From positions 54,188,001 through 54,252,000 of the forward strand of contig NC_042998.1 in assembly GCF_006345805.1 (NCBI RefSeq): a DNA stretch of 64,000 nt. Direction: 5' to 3'. Source of the DNA: Octopus sinensis (taxonomy: Eukaryota). The position numbers were made by a program, and so were the translations under genes. Every line of letters begins with the position of its first letter. Within the stretch, counting starts at the first letter, position 1. Shown piece after piece: positions 24,798-38,929 of this stretch. Below the pieces are notes generated by a model. That model made no database searches and was not told the DNA's origin. It worked only from the letters and a program-made list of their open reading frames with translations.

Positions 24798-25564
24798 ATT
24801 CAATTATGGCAATTGCAGTAAATTGTTTCAAATTCAATAATAATTACTTTCTCACCCCCCACCACCCCCCACATAAAAAGCACCATCCGAACGTTGCCGA
24901 TGCCAGACCCCTCTGGCACCTGTGCAGGTGGCACGTAAAAAACACCCACTACACTCACGGAGTGGTTGGCGTTAGGAAGGGCATCCAGCTGTAGAAACAC
25001 TGCCAGACTAGACTGGAGCCTGGGGCAGTCCCTAGCTCCCCAGACCCCGGTCGAAACCGTCCAACCCGTGCTAGCACGGAAAACGGACGTTAAACAATGA
25101 TGATGATGATGAGCACGTGTGCCAAACCACGTATGTGCATATGCTTATATCTTTGTGTAAGTTTTACAAGTGGATGTACATGCACCATACAATCTAAGCA
25201 TGGGCGTTTATACATCCCTTTTTGCTAATGGTTGTATTTAGTATTTTTTTTTTTTGCTATATTATGTATTTGTTTCTTTTCACATCTGGTTTTTATTTAT
25301 CTACTATAATAATGAAGCTGTATCCCATAATTTTCTGCTTTTGTACACACATATTGAGAAGAAAACTTGCAGAACAGATGTTATTTTAACAAGATACATC
25401 TTGTAATCACCTGAAGGGACACATCTAAGCCAAGAGATACTCCTAAACCAGTTGTTCAGTATCCCACCCATGAGAAATCGATGCTAGATGGGTCAAAACA
25501 ATTGTGGTGATCAATAAACATTTTCTCATATCTTTTATCTTCTCCTTCATTTATGTATATATAA

Positions 25565-25766
25565 ATATGTGACCTCGTGAGTACTGCTGGCGATTTTTTT
25601 TCCTCTGTCTTCCATTCTCGGGATCTTTCCATCTCCTATGTTTCCGACGAAGAGCTCCACTTGAAACGTTAAACCCTCCTTCTTCCCTGGGCGTCCAATA
25701 ATACTTTATTTGTTCCACGTCCTCGCGTTGTTGTGTTTTTTTGTGTTTTCTTGTTTGGATTAACTT

Positions 25767-25768
<2 letters not shown>
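25565..25768 (+). mobile_element. Penelope-like terminal element with degenerate hammerhead (25640-25674)
   Basis: CpG-rich insert between TA repeats containing GTTT-CCGACGA-agagctccactt-GAA-ACGT-T-AAAC. Confidence 0.55.
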
Positions 25769-25814
<46 letters not shown>

Positions 25815-25818
<4 letters not shown>

Positions 25819-26205
25819 TGCAAGGGTAGCCATGTGGCAAGAAGCTTGCTTCCCAACCACATGGCTCTTGGTCCAGTCCCACTGTGTGGCACTTTGGGCA
25901 AGTGCCTTCTATTGTAGCCTCCGGCCAACCAAAGCCTTGCAAGTGGATCTGATTGATGAAAATTGAAAGAAGCTTGTCATATATATATCTACATGTGTGT
26001 GTGACTGTGTTTCTCCCTCTGCCCCATCACCACTTGACAACCACTGTTGGTGTGTTTATGTCCTCATAACTTAGAGGTGCGGTGAAAGAGACCAATAGAA
26101 TAAGTACCAGGCTTAAAAAATAAGTACTGGGGTCAATTCATTCGACTAAAAGTTAAAGAAAGTGCTACCCCAGCATGGCCACAGTCTAATGACTGAAACA
26201 GGTAA

Positions 26206-26207
<2 letters not shown>
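25815..26207 (+). mobile_element. SINE family A
   Basis: taggtgcaagggtagccatgtggc head to gactgaaacaggtaaa tail. Confidence 0.85.
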
Positions 26208-26250
<43 letters not shown>

Positions 26251-26291
26251 ACCATGCATTCTCAATGCATGCACGTAGCTTGCTTACCAGT

Positions 26292-26731
26292 AGGCTGCAA
26301 TTTGGCATGGTGGGGATGCCTCCCTCAAAGCATCTGCTGTTGAAACCCCTGAAGTCATAGACAGGCAAGACAACTTGCTACAAATCCCGTTTAAGGGCAA
26401 CAGACCATGATATTTCACCATTTTTGCAGTTTTATCAACATCATGTACCTGATTTGAATTGGAGGTGAACTGAACTATATACAAATAGCATAAAAAACCA
26501 TTTGCTAGTATGCTCTGTTATTTGTTATATATAGTCATATACTGGCAATTTTGTTTAGCTTCAATTTGATTTGTGTACATGACGTTGATAAGCCTCAAAA
26601 ATCGTGAAACATCAACGTCCATCACTCCTGAATGGGATTTCGGGTGAGTTGTCTGTCCTGATTATGACTTTCATGTAGTTAAATGCCCGGCACTTTGAGA
26701 GAGTCACCCTCACCATGCTAAACTGCAGCCT
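26292..26731. repeat. Diverged inverted repeat (~157-bp arms, ~125-bp spacer)
   Basis: 26292-26448 aligns by eye with the reverse complement of 26575-26731 (e.g. ggctgcaatttggcatggtgggg vs ggctgcagtttagcatggtgagg; tttatcaacatcatgtac vs cttatcaacgtcatgtac). Confidence 0.85.
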
Positions 26732-27083
26732 GTTATGACAAGACATACTTTTCAGGGAAGACTGGAAATGAACAACAGCACTTGTATGAAGATGAAGCTC
26801 AGTTACAACCATGTGCTGTTTAGGCAAAAGTACATTCAAATACACACACACATGCACACACACAAACATATACAACAGGCTTCTTTCAGTTTCCATCCAC
26901 CAAATCTACTCACAAGGCTTTGCTCAGCCTGAAGCTATAGAAGACAAATGCCTAAGATGCTATGCAGAGGAGGTGAACCCAAGAGTCACGTGGTTGGGAA
27001 GCGAACTTCTCAACCACACAGCCATTTCTTCTGCTAGGTGTGTATGCGCATATGTGCATACATAAATGCACACACATATAATA

Positions 27084-27281
27084 CCAAATATAGTAGTAAT
27101 TACCAAAAGCCTGCCACTGGTTCTTAAAGTTGTTGGGCATCAAATTTCTATACTGGATGTTAATAGTATTCACCCATCACAAATACCTCCCTTGGCACAG
27201 CATCCAAAATATAGTAGTAATTGCTAAAAGCAGCTCACTGACCCTAACAAATTCCTGTACTGGATGTTAATACTATTCACC
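27084..27281. repeat. Diverged direct repeat (27084-27174 / 27204-27281)
   Basis: Shared aatatagtagtaatt..aaaagc and tactggatgttaata.tattcacc. Confidence 0.8.
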
Positions 27282-27568
27282 TGTGGAAAGAAAGAACAAT
27301 AGCTTAATGGCCAGAAGCAGGTGACTTAGATCCATATAAATGCCACACTGAGCAAATACTCTGTTCTTTCCTTTTCTTCTCTTCCTTTACTTTAGCATTT
27401 GACCTGTTGGACTCTTACAAAGATAGCATTGCAACTGTCTTTCACTATATTTTTGATCAGTCATTTGATTAAACTGAACCATGAACATGCATCCAAAATG
27501 TCTATCTGAAACAGCTGTAAGTCTGTAATGCACGAATAAATGTATAAATCCCATTTTCTATGCTTATT

Positions 27569-27622
<54 letters not shown>

Positions 27623-27717
27623 TACTAATACAGGATAAAAAATTTTTCAGAAGAAATTTCATCAAAAGTGGCAGCATATTAAAATACCTTTAAAGGTTAA
27701 AATTATAAACAACTTAT

Positions 27718-27903
27718 AACAAGAGCAAAAGAAAAATTATTTCTATGCCAATATGCTGAGAACAGACTTTAAATCATCAATGTCCACATTACATTATACA
27801 TTCACATACATACAGTGAATGTATATGGTAATGTGGAAATTGACAATTTAAAGTCTGTTCTCAGCATATTGGCATAGAAATATTTTTTTCTTTTGCCCTT
27901 GTT
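27718..27903. repeat. Near-perfect hairpin, ~88-bp arms, 9-nt loop
   Basis: 27718-27805 vs 27815-27903; 37-bp perfect core tatttctatgccaatatgctgagaacagactttaaat (27738-27774 / 27846-27882). Confidence 0.95.
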
Positions 27904-28219
27904 TATAAATTATATATATATATATATAAATATATATATATAGGTATGGTGATGCAAACAGGAAAAATAGCTAGACCTACCAAAACATAAAGGTATCAGT
28001 TTCTGCATTATTAGAAGCTTTCTTTATTTCCTTTTTCATTTTCTACTTGTTTAATTTCAATTTAAAATCTCTAATTCTGTCTCACATTATGACAAAATAT
28101 GAGTATATGTCAACTTTTATTAATATTAAGTAGAAATAACACAGTGAATCTATCAAACTAGTTTTGATAAGTACCAATGTATGAAACTTTCAGACCTTGA
28201 GTTACTCTGTTGCTTCTGT

Positions 28220-28278
<59 letters not shown>

Positions 28279-28284
28279 ATATAT

Positions 28285-28370
<86 letters not shown>
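28220..28370. repeat. (TA)n microsatellite
   Basis: Direct inspection. Confidence 0.95.
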
Positions 28371-29875
28371 CATACATATAAATGCATACACACAAACACA
28401 CATAAATATATATATTATGAATCAATATCATGTAGAACAAATGATCAATATTCTTTTTAGCATTGCCTGATCCAGAGAAGATCACATGCTGAAGATGAAA
28501 AAAATTGAAAAGAAAATTTCCTTGCAGCATGATTTACAGTAATATCATATGAACAAAAGCAAAAATATATATGTGTGTGTGTGTGTTCTGATTTATGATG
28601 CTATGCATTTGAGAACTCAAAAATATTGCAACTAAGATACAAAATAATATTAACAGGATGTAGCTTTGATCTTGTAAAAATACTTAGAAAGAACTGACTG
28701 AGTGAATTAGTAGATGGTGAGAATGGATGGTTAGGTGAATACGATAGTGGATAACATACTAAGTTGTTCATGACAGGTACTGCCAATTCAATTGTTTCTA
28801 ACAAGAGAGAGAAAGAGACTGGAGCCACTGGGGTAGAGGCCACCATTTAGAAGAGATAGCTTTTTCCTTTTTCCAGTTCTTTTCTTGTCTTGGTGATCTC
28901 AGTAGTGGTGGTGGCACAGGGAAAGCATCCAATACACTTTGTAAAGTAGGTGTCATTAGGAAGGGCATCCAGCCATAGAAACCACACCAAAGCTGACATT
29001 GGAGTCTTATGCAGCTCTGTAGCTCACCACATCTTCTTAAACCCTCCAACCCATGCCAGCATAGAAAATGGATTTTAAATGATGACGATGATGATGATGT
29101 GGTCACTCAACCTTGTTTAAATAATAATAATACAGGTGTTTGTAGCTAACACTGTAATTATTGGTCACTACAAAACCTTTTCACAATGTAGAATCCCCTG
29201 GAAATAGTTATTATTCTGCATGTAAACATTAAGAACTTTCTCTCTATTCTTTTGATTCCTAATCTACTAATGTTCTATAAAGAAATGAAAAAACAAACAC
29301 ACACATTCCTTGGATTCTCACTATACTGTAATTACTTCCATAATTAATGAAGTGTCTCGCTTTATAAAATGTATAATTAACAAGTCACAGGTTATGCTAT
29401 GCTGATGATTTCTAAAAAGAATAAAATGGTGCTATACAAGATTTATCAGGTACTAAAATTTTTTTTAAAGTTTGTAATAAGTAAACAGAAAAAACAAAAA
29501 GAAAAATAGATATGTGACTTCTATGCATCATTTTTTCTTATAATTCTGTAATAAGAGTGTTGTAGTTTTCTTGAAGCATTGTAGTACAAAAGTAGAAAAT
29601 GAAAAAAGAAATAAAGAAAGCTTCACACAATGCAGAAAGTTTTACAAAAAAAACTTTATATTTCAGGTGCAGAAGTCTATCTCCAGAAGGAAGCAGTTCA
29701 AGAAATGTGTATTTACATCACTTTGTTTTGGGAAAGCAGCAGCAACTCTCCAACTGTTGGTGCAAGCAACTCTCTAACAGTTGGTCATGGTGACATTTTT
29801 TCATGTGGTGGTGGAGGATGGTGTTGGTGATGTGTTATAATGTTAGTTGTAATCACCATGATGTATTCATATGAG

Positions 29876-29995
29876 TCACCAACCCATCTCTGATTGGCTA
29901 TTAATTTTGGGGTTGAGGCGGTGGATCAATATAGCTTCCTTGATATGAAGATTTCCTGTATTACTTTCTGAGGTTAGTATGGAGGTGTCTATCTC
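29876..29995 (-). pseudogene. Penelope-like GIY-YIG endonuclease C-terminal remnant
   Basis: EIDTSILTSESNTGNLHIKEAILIHRLNPKINSQSEMGW*, fitting the PLE C-terminal pattern IL..E.N...L.IKEA..I....P.IN.Q. Confidence 0.65.
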
Positions 29996-31199
29996 TTAGG
30001 TGGTGTTGCTGCTGCTGCTAACCTAAATGCTAAGCAGTTTAAAATGTAATAATGAAATTGATGCAAATACACATTTCATGGACTGCTTCCTTCTGAAGCT
30101 AGACCTACCAAAACATAAAGGTGTCTTTTTCTGCATTGTAAGAAGCTTTCTTCATTTCCTTTTTAATTTTCTACTCGTTTAATTTCAATTTCAAATCTCT
30201 AATCCTACCTCACATTATGAGAAAATGATTACCTCCCTTGTTATAGCAGAGACTACTAAAGGAACCATGTGTGTTTAAATATCCTTTAAAATCATTTTTT
30301 CTTTTTCTTTTCAAAGAAAGGACACACTGGATGGTGTAGCTATGGTTAGATTATGCTGAAAAACATAAAACAGTCGCTACTAGAATACTTTTGACTTTAG
30401 GCCTACTGCTCACCTAAAGCTAAAAAACGTTGCTCTTTTCAAGCCTAGCCAGACTCATGGGCCCGGTTTCCCAGTTTCTGTGGCGCATGTGTTCCCCCCA
30501 GCTGGATGGGATGCCAGTCCATCACAGCATTACTCAAGAAACAGGAAAAGAGAGTGAGAGAAAGTTGTGGCGAAAGAGTACAACAGGGGTCGCCCCACCC
30601 CCACCCCCGAGGGAGCCTCGTGGAGCTTTTAGTTGTTTTCGCTCAAACCTAAAGCTAAGCAACAGCTCGTTTGATTCTCAACAACCCCCACCCATACCCA
30701 CTTGACTCTCAAATAACCCAGTTAGTACACCTAAATGGAAATGGATACAGCAAAGCAGGAAAACTAACTGTAAATATCTGTGCAGGCACTGTAAATTTGA
30801 CAAGTGTCTTTTCAGCTTGCAGTATTGAGGTAACATATGCATGTAAGTATACAGCGGAGATAGACAGTTTCTGCCAAGTAGTCAAGATATCATGTTGTGC
30901 ATCCAAACAAGTCAGGTGAATCTGATTCAATTAGATGTGCTACATGAAAATGAAATCTTCAGCAGGTAGAGACCCATGGACGCAATGGGTCACATAACTT
31001 ACCATTTACCAGTCACTGAATTGGATTAAGGGTCAGTATTTCAGCAACAGTATTACAATTATGATAACAATTTTGATGGGTGGATTTGTTTCTCATTTAT
31101 TTTACATGCTACCATGAAAATATAGTATCTGATAATACAACTGAAAATGTTGAGCACTATAAATCACCACCACCACCACCACCACCACTACTACTACTA

Positions 31200-32010
31200 A
31201 TACCAAGGTGGAAAACTAGCAAAAGTGTTATGGCACCAGACGTAGCAGTATTTTGTCTATCTTTACATTCTCGGTTCAAATTCCACCAAGGTCGATTTTT
31301 CTTTTTGGGGTCAAAAAGTAAGTAAGAGCTGATTACTATTCTCCTGCCCACCAAATTTTGGGCCTTGAGCCCACAGTAGAAATGAAAGGATTATCATTAT
31401 TATTATTAAGAAAAGCAGCAAGCTGACAGAATCATTAGCATGTCAGGCAAAATACTTAGCACCATTTCATCCATCCTTACATTCCAAGTTCAAATCATGC
31501 CGCAGTCGATTTTGCCTTTCATCTTTTCAGGGTCAATGAAATAAGTACCAGTTATGCACTGGGGTGTATGTAATTGACTAGTTCACTCCCTTGAAGTTTC
31601 AAGCCTTGTGTCTGAAACTTTGTAAACAAAATTGTTAGCCAGCAGGGCAAAATGCTTAGTGTACTTTGTCTGTCTTTACGTTCTGAGTTCAACTTTGCCT
31701 TTCCTCCTTTCAGGGTTAATAAAATAAGTATTGATGTCAATGTAACTGACTATCCTCCTCCCACCAAAATTTTGTGCTGTGTGCCTATAGTAGCATTATT
31801 ATTATTATCATTAGGTGGTGAGCTGGCAGAATCATTAGCACACTGGGAGAAATCCTGTCACTATGTTCTGAGTTCAAATTCTGCCGAGGTTGACTTTGCC
31901 TTTCATCCTTTCAGGGTTGATGAAATAAATACCAGTCAAGTGCTGGTGTCGATGTAATTGGCTAGTCCCCTCCCTCAAATTTCTGGCCTTGTGCTTATAG
32001 TAGAAACGAT
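31200..32010 (+). mobile_element. Head-to-tail cluster of four family B SINEs
   Basis: Four repeats of ttcaaat..tttgcctttcatc...aagtaccag, mostly separated by (ATT)n tails. Confidence 0.8.
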
Positions 32011-32570
32011 TATTATTATTATTATGTGAGAGAGCAGTGGATGCCATCCAAGTGACACTGGGGTAAAATATATGCAGCCCAGTATACCCATTATGACTAC
32101 CCATCTCATAAGGGTACACCAAGCACATGCATCACAACCATATGTGTGTGACATGGTGATCTCATATCAAGATAAACAGCGCATCACCTTGCAGGTGGGG
32201 CCCAGTTAGTATGTTCTTCTGGTCGAGTAGCCCATCCCGCTCAAAAGATCCCTGACTAAGGGTTGTTAAAGGATGTTGAACAAAAGACCCATGATTCCAG
32301 AGGTGAATTATTCAAACCCCAAAGAATCCCTCTCAACATATGGCTATGATGCTCCCCACTACTTCTGCTTGTGATCAAAGATGCACATATCATCAGCCAC
32401 TAAGGGGCATGCTCAACTGGTCATGGTCAAACAACTGACAAGCAAATATTGAGCAGAATATTTGCTGCAACCCATCTTTCATACCTAGACAAAACAATGT
32501 ACATGATAACACTCCAATCAGTTAAGATCAGAAGCTATGAGAGCCACTGCCTGGTGCTGCATCAAGGCAC

Positions 32571-32617
<47 letters not shown>

Positions 32618-32618
32618 G

Positions 32619-32673
<55 letters not shown>

Positions 32674-32675
32674 CA
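32571..32675. repeat. (TTA)n microsatellite
   Basis: Direct inspection. Confidence 0.95.
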
Positions 32676-33107
32676 TTCATAAAAACATGAGGAAATATTT
32701 ATGGCAATCAGTTGATGGTCAATTGAAAATCAAACCACATTCATGGAAGACTCTCCATGCTTATAAAATCTTTAGAAAAACTATAATTTCATATCAGACA
32801 TTTAGTAAATAAGATAATTTTGCTTAGAAATTCCTACTGCTTTCCAGTCAACTAGAAATCCACAAAGACAGTAAAACAAACATTACATTTAGAGCCAATT
32901 CTGATTTTGAGATGAATCTTAAACAGAATTGCTAGATCACAAACATGTCTGTTTTTCTTATGATAATTGATAAATAAAAATTTAAAATATATTTCTCCTC
33001 TTGTGTCCTTAACACTAGCAACCAGGGTCTGATAAGTCTACAAATTTAGATATTTAGATTTGAATTGTTAAAGCAAGCATTTTACTGTGATATGTAGTTG
33101 TTCATGT

Positions 33108-33437
33108 TAAAGCATAGCTCAGCGTTTAGAGCATCGAGCTTACAATCGTGAGGTTGTGAGTTCGAATCCCAGACCGGGCTGTGTGTTGTGTTCTTGAGCA
33201 AGACACTTTATTTCACATTGCTCCAGTTCACTCAGCTGTAGAAATGAGTTGCAACATCATAGGTGCTAAGTTGTTCTACCTTTGCCTTTCCCTTGGATAA
33301 CACTGGTGGCGTGGAGAGGGGAGGCCGGTATGCATGAGCAACTGCTGGTCTTCCATAAACAACCTTGCCCGGAATTGTGCCTATGAGGGTAACTTTCTAG
33401 GTGCAATCACACAGTCAGTCATGACTGAAGGGGGTCT
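33108..33437 (+). mobile_element. SINE family C, young copy
   Basis: tRNA-like head (tagctcagcgtttagagcatcg...GAGTTCGAATCCC B box), then tgtgttcttgagcaagacac core. Confidence 0.85.
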
Positions 33438-36096
33438 CATGTTAAACATCATACTACATCAATTGTGTTGAGTCCTTATGTAACTAAATGATTTGTTTAA
33501 CAACTTGCTTTAATACCACTTTACATTTGAGAAGTTAGCAGTAAGGTGTCATTGTTTAACCTTGAAAGAATCCAGATTAACCTTTTAACATTCAAGTGAC
33601 TCTGACAAATATAATGTTTGTTTATCCACATTGTTTTGTATAGGTGTGGCTGTTTAGCATTTAGCATGATATTATAGAGTAGGCATGAAACATCAGGTAT
33701 GACTGGTTTAAGTGCTAGGATCATAAAGCATTCCAGCTGTGACCACCACTGTTTTTTTGCCCTAGGCACTTTATTTAGGATTGCATTAACCAAATTGTAA
33801 TTTCATTTTTAAGATTGTAGCATGTGATTTAATGAAGATTTGTTATTTCAAAAATAGATTGATTCTGCACACAGGAGCTCCATTGTTCAATTAGCAAATG
33901 CAATATACAAATTTGCAAAATTCAAAAGCAGAGGAAAAAAAAATGAGTCTCACTTAGATAAGCAAGAAAAAATGAATATGAAAAAGTAAAAAGATATACA
34001 TATTTTATAAACAACTCATGAATATGTTCTCTCAAAGTGCAACAAAACTTATTTCTACAAAGGTTTTAAATATTATATTTTTAATCTACTGTCAGTTTTA
34101 ACACCACTACCTGGTATCTTGGGTGATTTTAGCTGGCTCTATTCTGTTGAATAACTTCCTCTATTCTGTTGAATAACTTCCTCTCTCCCTCTTACCAATT
34201 ATGCAGGCCCTGTAGGGTGTCCTGGGAATTGCTTTCCCTCCCGGTGAAAAGATTAAGAAAAAGGAATGGGCAAGAATCATAGTTCTTTTAGACTGTGCTG
34301 AAGTACCATAATACTCCTCAACGTCAACTGGTGATGGTATTACATATAAGTGCCACATAAAAAGCACCCAGTACACTATGTAAAGTGGTTGACATTAGTA
34401 AGGGCATCCAACTGTATGAACCAAGCTAAAACAGATTATAGAACTTGGTGTGGCCCCTGGCCTTGCCAGATCCTGTCAAGACATCCAACCCATGCCAGAA
34501 TGGAAAATGGACATTAAATGAGGATGCGGAAACCAAAAATACCTACAAAATCAGAACACATTATTGGAAAACAAACTAGTAGGAATCAACTAATGCTGCA
34601 AGATGAAAATATATATTTAACTTAACTCTAAAATAATTTTCTGGGTAGAGTAAGATGAACAAGTACAATTTTATTAAAAATTAATTTCTGTTTTATGGCT
34701 TCCAACATAATTTTTCTCAAATTTAAGATCTAGATTTTAGCTAATTTTTATGATAATTTATTTTTCTGTTCATCACATAGTGAAGAGGGAGGGATATATC
34801 CATTATCTTTTTTGAGTACACTTCCCTCCCTTCCACTTTGAGTACACTTCTCTCCCTTTCGAGGAAAATATCTTCAAATTATAGACTTGACTGGATGTGT
34901 GGTAAGAAGCTTGCCTCCTTAACCACATGATTTGAGGTCCAGTCCTATTGTGTAGCACCTTGGGCAAGTGTCTTTTACTATAGCTTTGGACCAACCAAAA
35001 GCCTTGTGAGTAGATTTGGTAGATGGAATCTGAAAGAAGCCTGTTGTATGTATGAATGCATGCTTGTAATAAAGTGGATTCTGCCAAAGGTACTCAAAGC
35101 TCAGGCAGTGAGATACAAGAAAGAACAATGGGACACATCTTCCACCCAAGCAAGTCAAGCCTATTGATATGATAGCAGCCTGTCCTACCTCGTTAGTTTT
35201 ACTGTACACACAGTATATTAATTTCTGATGCAACTAGAAATTCATAAAAGATGATATATCAACAAATGTTTATTTTAGTTTGATCAAAAAAACATCATCT
35301 CCTTCATATTTCTATTCTTCTGAATTCAACGCCTCCACTTTGTCAGGAAATAAAGTGAAAAATTATGTGTAATTCAGTTAGTACTCAGACGCAAATGACC
35401 ACTCTTATAAATTCTTTTGTTACTACTTAAGGACGAAATAACAATGAATTTATAGTGATAATGACATTTACACTGTGTAGAGGAAGATATCAAAACTAAA
35501 AATCCACTAGACTGTCATAAAAGGAACCAATCATTTGAATGGAACATTTAACCTCGAGGTTTCAAAATGAAGTAAAACTGTGAAACTATGATTGGTCATT
35601 GTACCAATGACAATACGCATTGCAAATAACTAATCAGGTGTGTTAAAGCAATAAATATTGAACAACGATTCTGTCGAGCTGAGAGCTTGAATTCACTAAA
35701 CTTTAATTAAGGTATAGTGTAACTTCTACAATAAACAGGATTAAACTGTAATATCTTTCACAGAAAGAGCACATATTCTCTTCATTTGAATAGTAATTGT
35801 AGTATCTTATTAGCTTCTAGATTAAATTGGGTTGCTCTGAGAACTAATTTATTAAAAAAAGCCTAAATTTGTATGTGTGTGTGTGTGTATATATATATAA
35901 ATGCATATATATATATATATACATGTGTGTGTATGTATGTATGTAAATCATTCTATCTATCTGTGTCTGGTTCTCTCTTTCTCTCTCTCGTATATATATA
36001 TATATATATAAGGCATATGAACATATATGTATGTATATATAAATATACATATAAATGTGTATGTATGTATATTGTGTATGTGTGTATATATATGTA

Positions 36097-36154
<58 letters not shown>

Positions 36155-36166
36155 GTAAATCTACCA

Positions 36167-36202
<36 letters not shown>

Positions 36203-37476
36203 CTCTCTTTGTGTGTGTGTGTGTATATATATATTAACCAAATATTGTCAGTTATTTCTATAGCAATATATAAATCTAATGTTTATGTCAGTCGTGCAAA
36301 TCATAGAATTAGTGCACCCATAGAATTCATACACGGAATATATTTTATTCTTTCATAATAGACATTGTAGTTTATAGGTACCAATTTTGATACTTTGCTA
36401 CATGATTTGAAAAAAAAATGGAATTCATTATCAATTCACACATTTTAAAACATTATCCAATATTTTTTGACTAGTAATTTCATTTTACTTAATTTCATAA
36501 TTTCAATCAATCATAACTATATTGTGAAAAACAATTTTTCTAAAATATGAGGGAAATAAATATAACAATCATAGACACAAGCATTCTTGCACTTAAAAGA
36601 AACATTTTTATTCTTTGGAGTTATTGCTGTCATTATATACATCGTTTTGTTGATATTGACTGTATGTGTGTGTGCATATATAGATGGACACTCACATACA
36701 CACACACATGTACAGATTTTGAATAATTCATGCATTACATTAATAGATCTTGTTATGACAATTTGGTTAGCAGCATTTGAAATTTGTAAGAGAGCCAACA
36801 GCATTGTTTCTGAACGACATGGTTTTGTGTTCAGTCCTACTGCATGGCACCTTGGGCAACTGTCTTCAACTATAGCTCTAGACTGACCAAAGCCTTCTGA
36901 GTGGTAGACAAGCTGAAAAAAGGCTATCATATCATCATCGACATTCATCATTCATTTTCCATGCTGGCATGGGTTGGATGACTTAAGAGGAACTGGCAAG
37001 GTCAGGAGCCACACCAAGTCCCCTAGTCTTGCCCTTTCTAATGCCAACCACTTTACAGACACAAAGACATACATACATACACATACACACACAGATATAT
37101 ACATACATTCATACATACAACAGGCTTCTTTCAGATTCCATCTACCAAATCTACTCACAAGGCTTTTGGTTGGTCCAAAGCTATAGTAAAAGACACTTGC
37201 TCAAGGTGCTACACAGTAGGACTGAACCTCGAATCATGTGGTTAAGGAGGCAAGCTTCTTACCACACATCCACACCTGTGCCTAGTAGCTTATATTTCTT
37301 CATATTATGCACAATTTTTAATTTAAAACAGAAGATACAGCAGATTTGGACACAAGCGATAATCTCACATAAACACAAGAATTTGGTTGAAAATATACCA
37401 GACCGTAATGTTGCTGTGTTGGAGACAAAGGGGTTATGTCAAATACTGAGCAATATGACATTGATATTTGCTTATT

Positions 37477-37838
37477 CTTTTACTTGTTTCAGTTATGTGA
37501 CTGCAGCCATGCTGGAGCACCGCCTTGAAGGGTTTTAGTCAAACAAATCAATCCCAGGACTTATTTCTTAAGCCTAGCACTTATTCTATTGGTCCCTTTT
37601 GCTGAACCGCCAAGTTCAGGGATGTAAATACATCGACACTGGTTGTCAAGCAGTGATCGGAGGACAAACACAGACACAAAGATACACACACACACACACA
37701 CACACATATGTATATATAATGACAAGCTTCTTTCAGTTTCCATTTACCAAATCCACCCACAAGGCTTTGGTTGGCCAGTGGTTATAGAAGAAGACACTTG
37801 CCCAAGGTGCCATGCAGTGGGACTGAACCTGGAACCAT
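37477..37838 (-). mobile_element. SINE family A
   Basis: Family tail and body; another partial copy at 37115-37280 (-). Confidence 0.8.
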
Positions 37839-38929
37839 ACTTTTGTGTACCATTCTCATGTTATCTGCTTGTTTTGTTATGCAATACATTCCTTGGGTTT
37901 CCAGGATTATAAATTACAGTATACAACACTATATCTGCCAATGTATTCGGATTTTTTATCAGTTCTGTATGTATGTATGCATATCTATCTCTCACTATAT
38001 ATATATATATATACATAAATATCTGTGTGTATGTGTATGCACAACCCAATCAGTGTGTTTTGACTTGCTAGTGTTTTTAAACCTTGACTGCACCATTTAA
38101 TTGGTTGGATGGATAGATGGATGGATGGATTGATAAGTCAAATTCTCTCGACTCACAGAAAAAGTTTTTTTGTTTTTTTAATCTACCATTGCTACTGCAA
38201 TATATCACAACAAGCCATTTAACCCTGCTGAAGTCTGTCAGGATTGTAAATTGGATCCCAGGAGAAATATCGCTCCAGTCCAGTTTTATAATTGATAAGC
38301 AGTAAGACGCTTTCAACATTGAGATTGAATCCCCATAAGTCAGATTTAGACACACACACGCACGCACACACACACATATGAATGTTGATTTCCTGCTCAC
38401 AGAGGTAGTTTCTGATCAGTTTGACACCTTTCCCAACAGACTAATCTCTTTGACTGCAAAGAAGAGTGTTTCTTCTTACTGTGTGTGCTGAAACAATGCA
38501 AAATCAAACATGAAAAACTGAAAAAACAAAAAAAAAAAAAATTATGTAGCTATCAATCACTGGTGGATAATCTTGGATTGATAATCATGGAACAGAAAAT
38601 GCAATAAAGTAATCCCTAGTATGTGGGTGTATGTGTCCCTGTGCACATGTGAATGAGCATGGCAATAGGTATATGAATGTGCACTAAGGAATAGACAGAG
38701 GCAGAGAAGGAGAGAGAAAGAGAAAAATGGAATTTGAGTGTGTGGTGTGTGCATATGTGTACTAAGTGTGTGCTAGGGAGATGTTATTTTGAACTTATAC
38801 TACCATAATATATTTTGAATGAGTGGAAGGTGAGCAAAATAATTTAAGAAAGAATAAGCAACCAAGTTTTTTTTAAATTTTATTGTTGCTTTCTATCTTA
38901 ATGAATGAGACTTAAATTAAAATTTATTA

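Noticed and set aside
33108-33180. tRNA-like sequence with A/B boxes (also heads of SINE A, B, C)
   Set aside because: SINE heads; no complete cloverleaf, and they continue into SINE bodies.
37029-37538. Longest ORF in the track (169 aa)
   Set aside because: Runs through an RTE UTR fragment, a CA/TA repeat and an antisense SINE A; no protein family signal.
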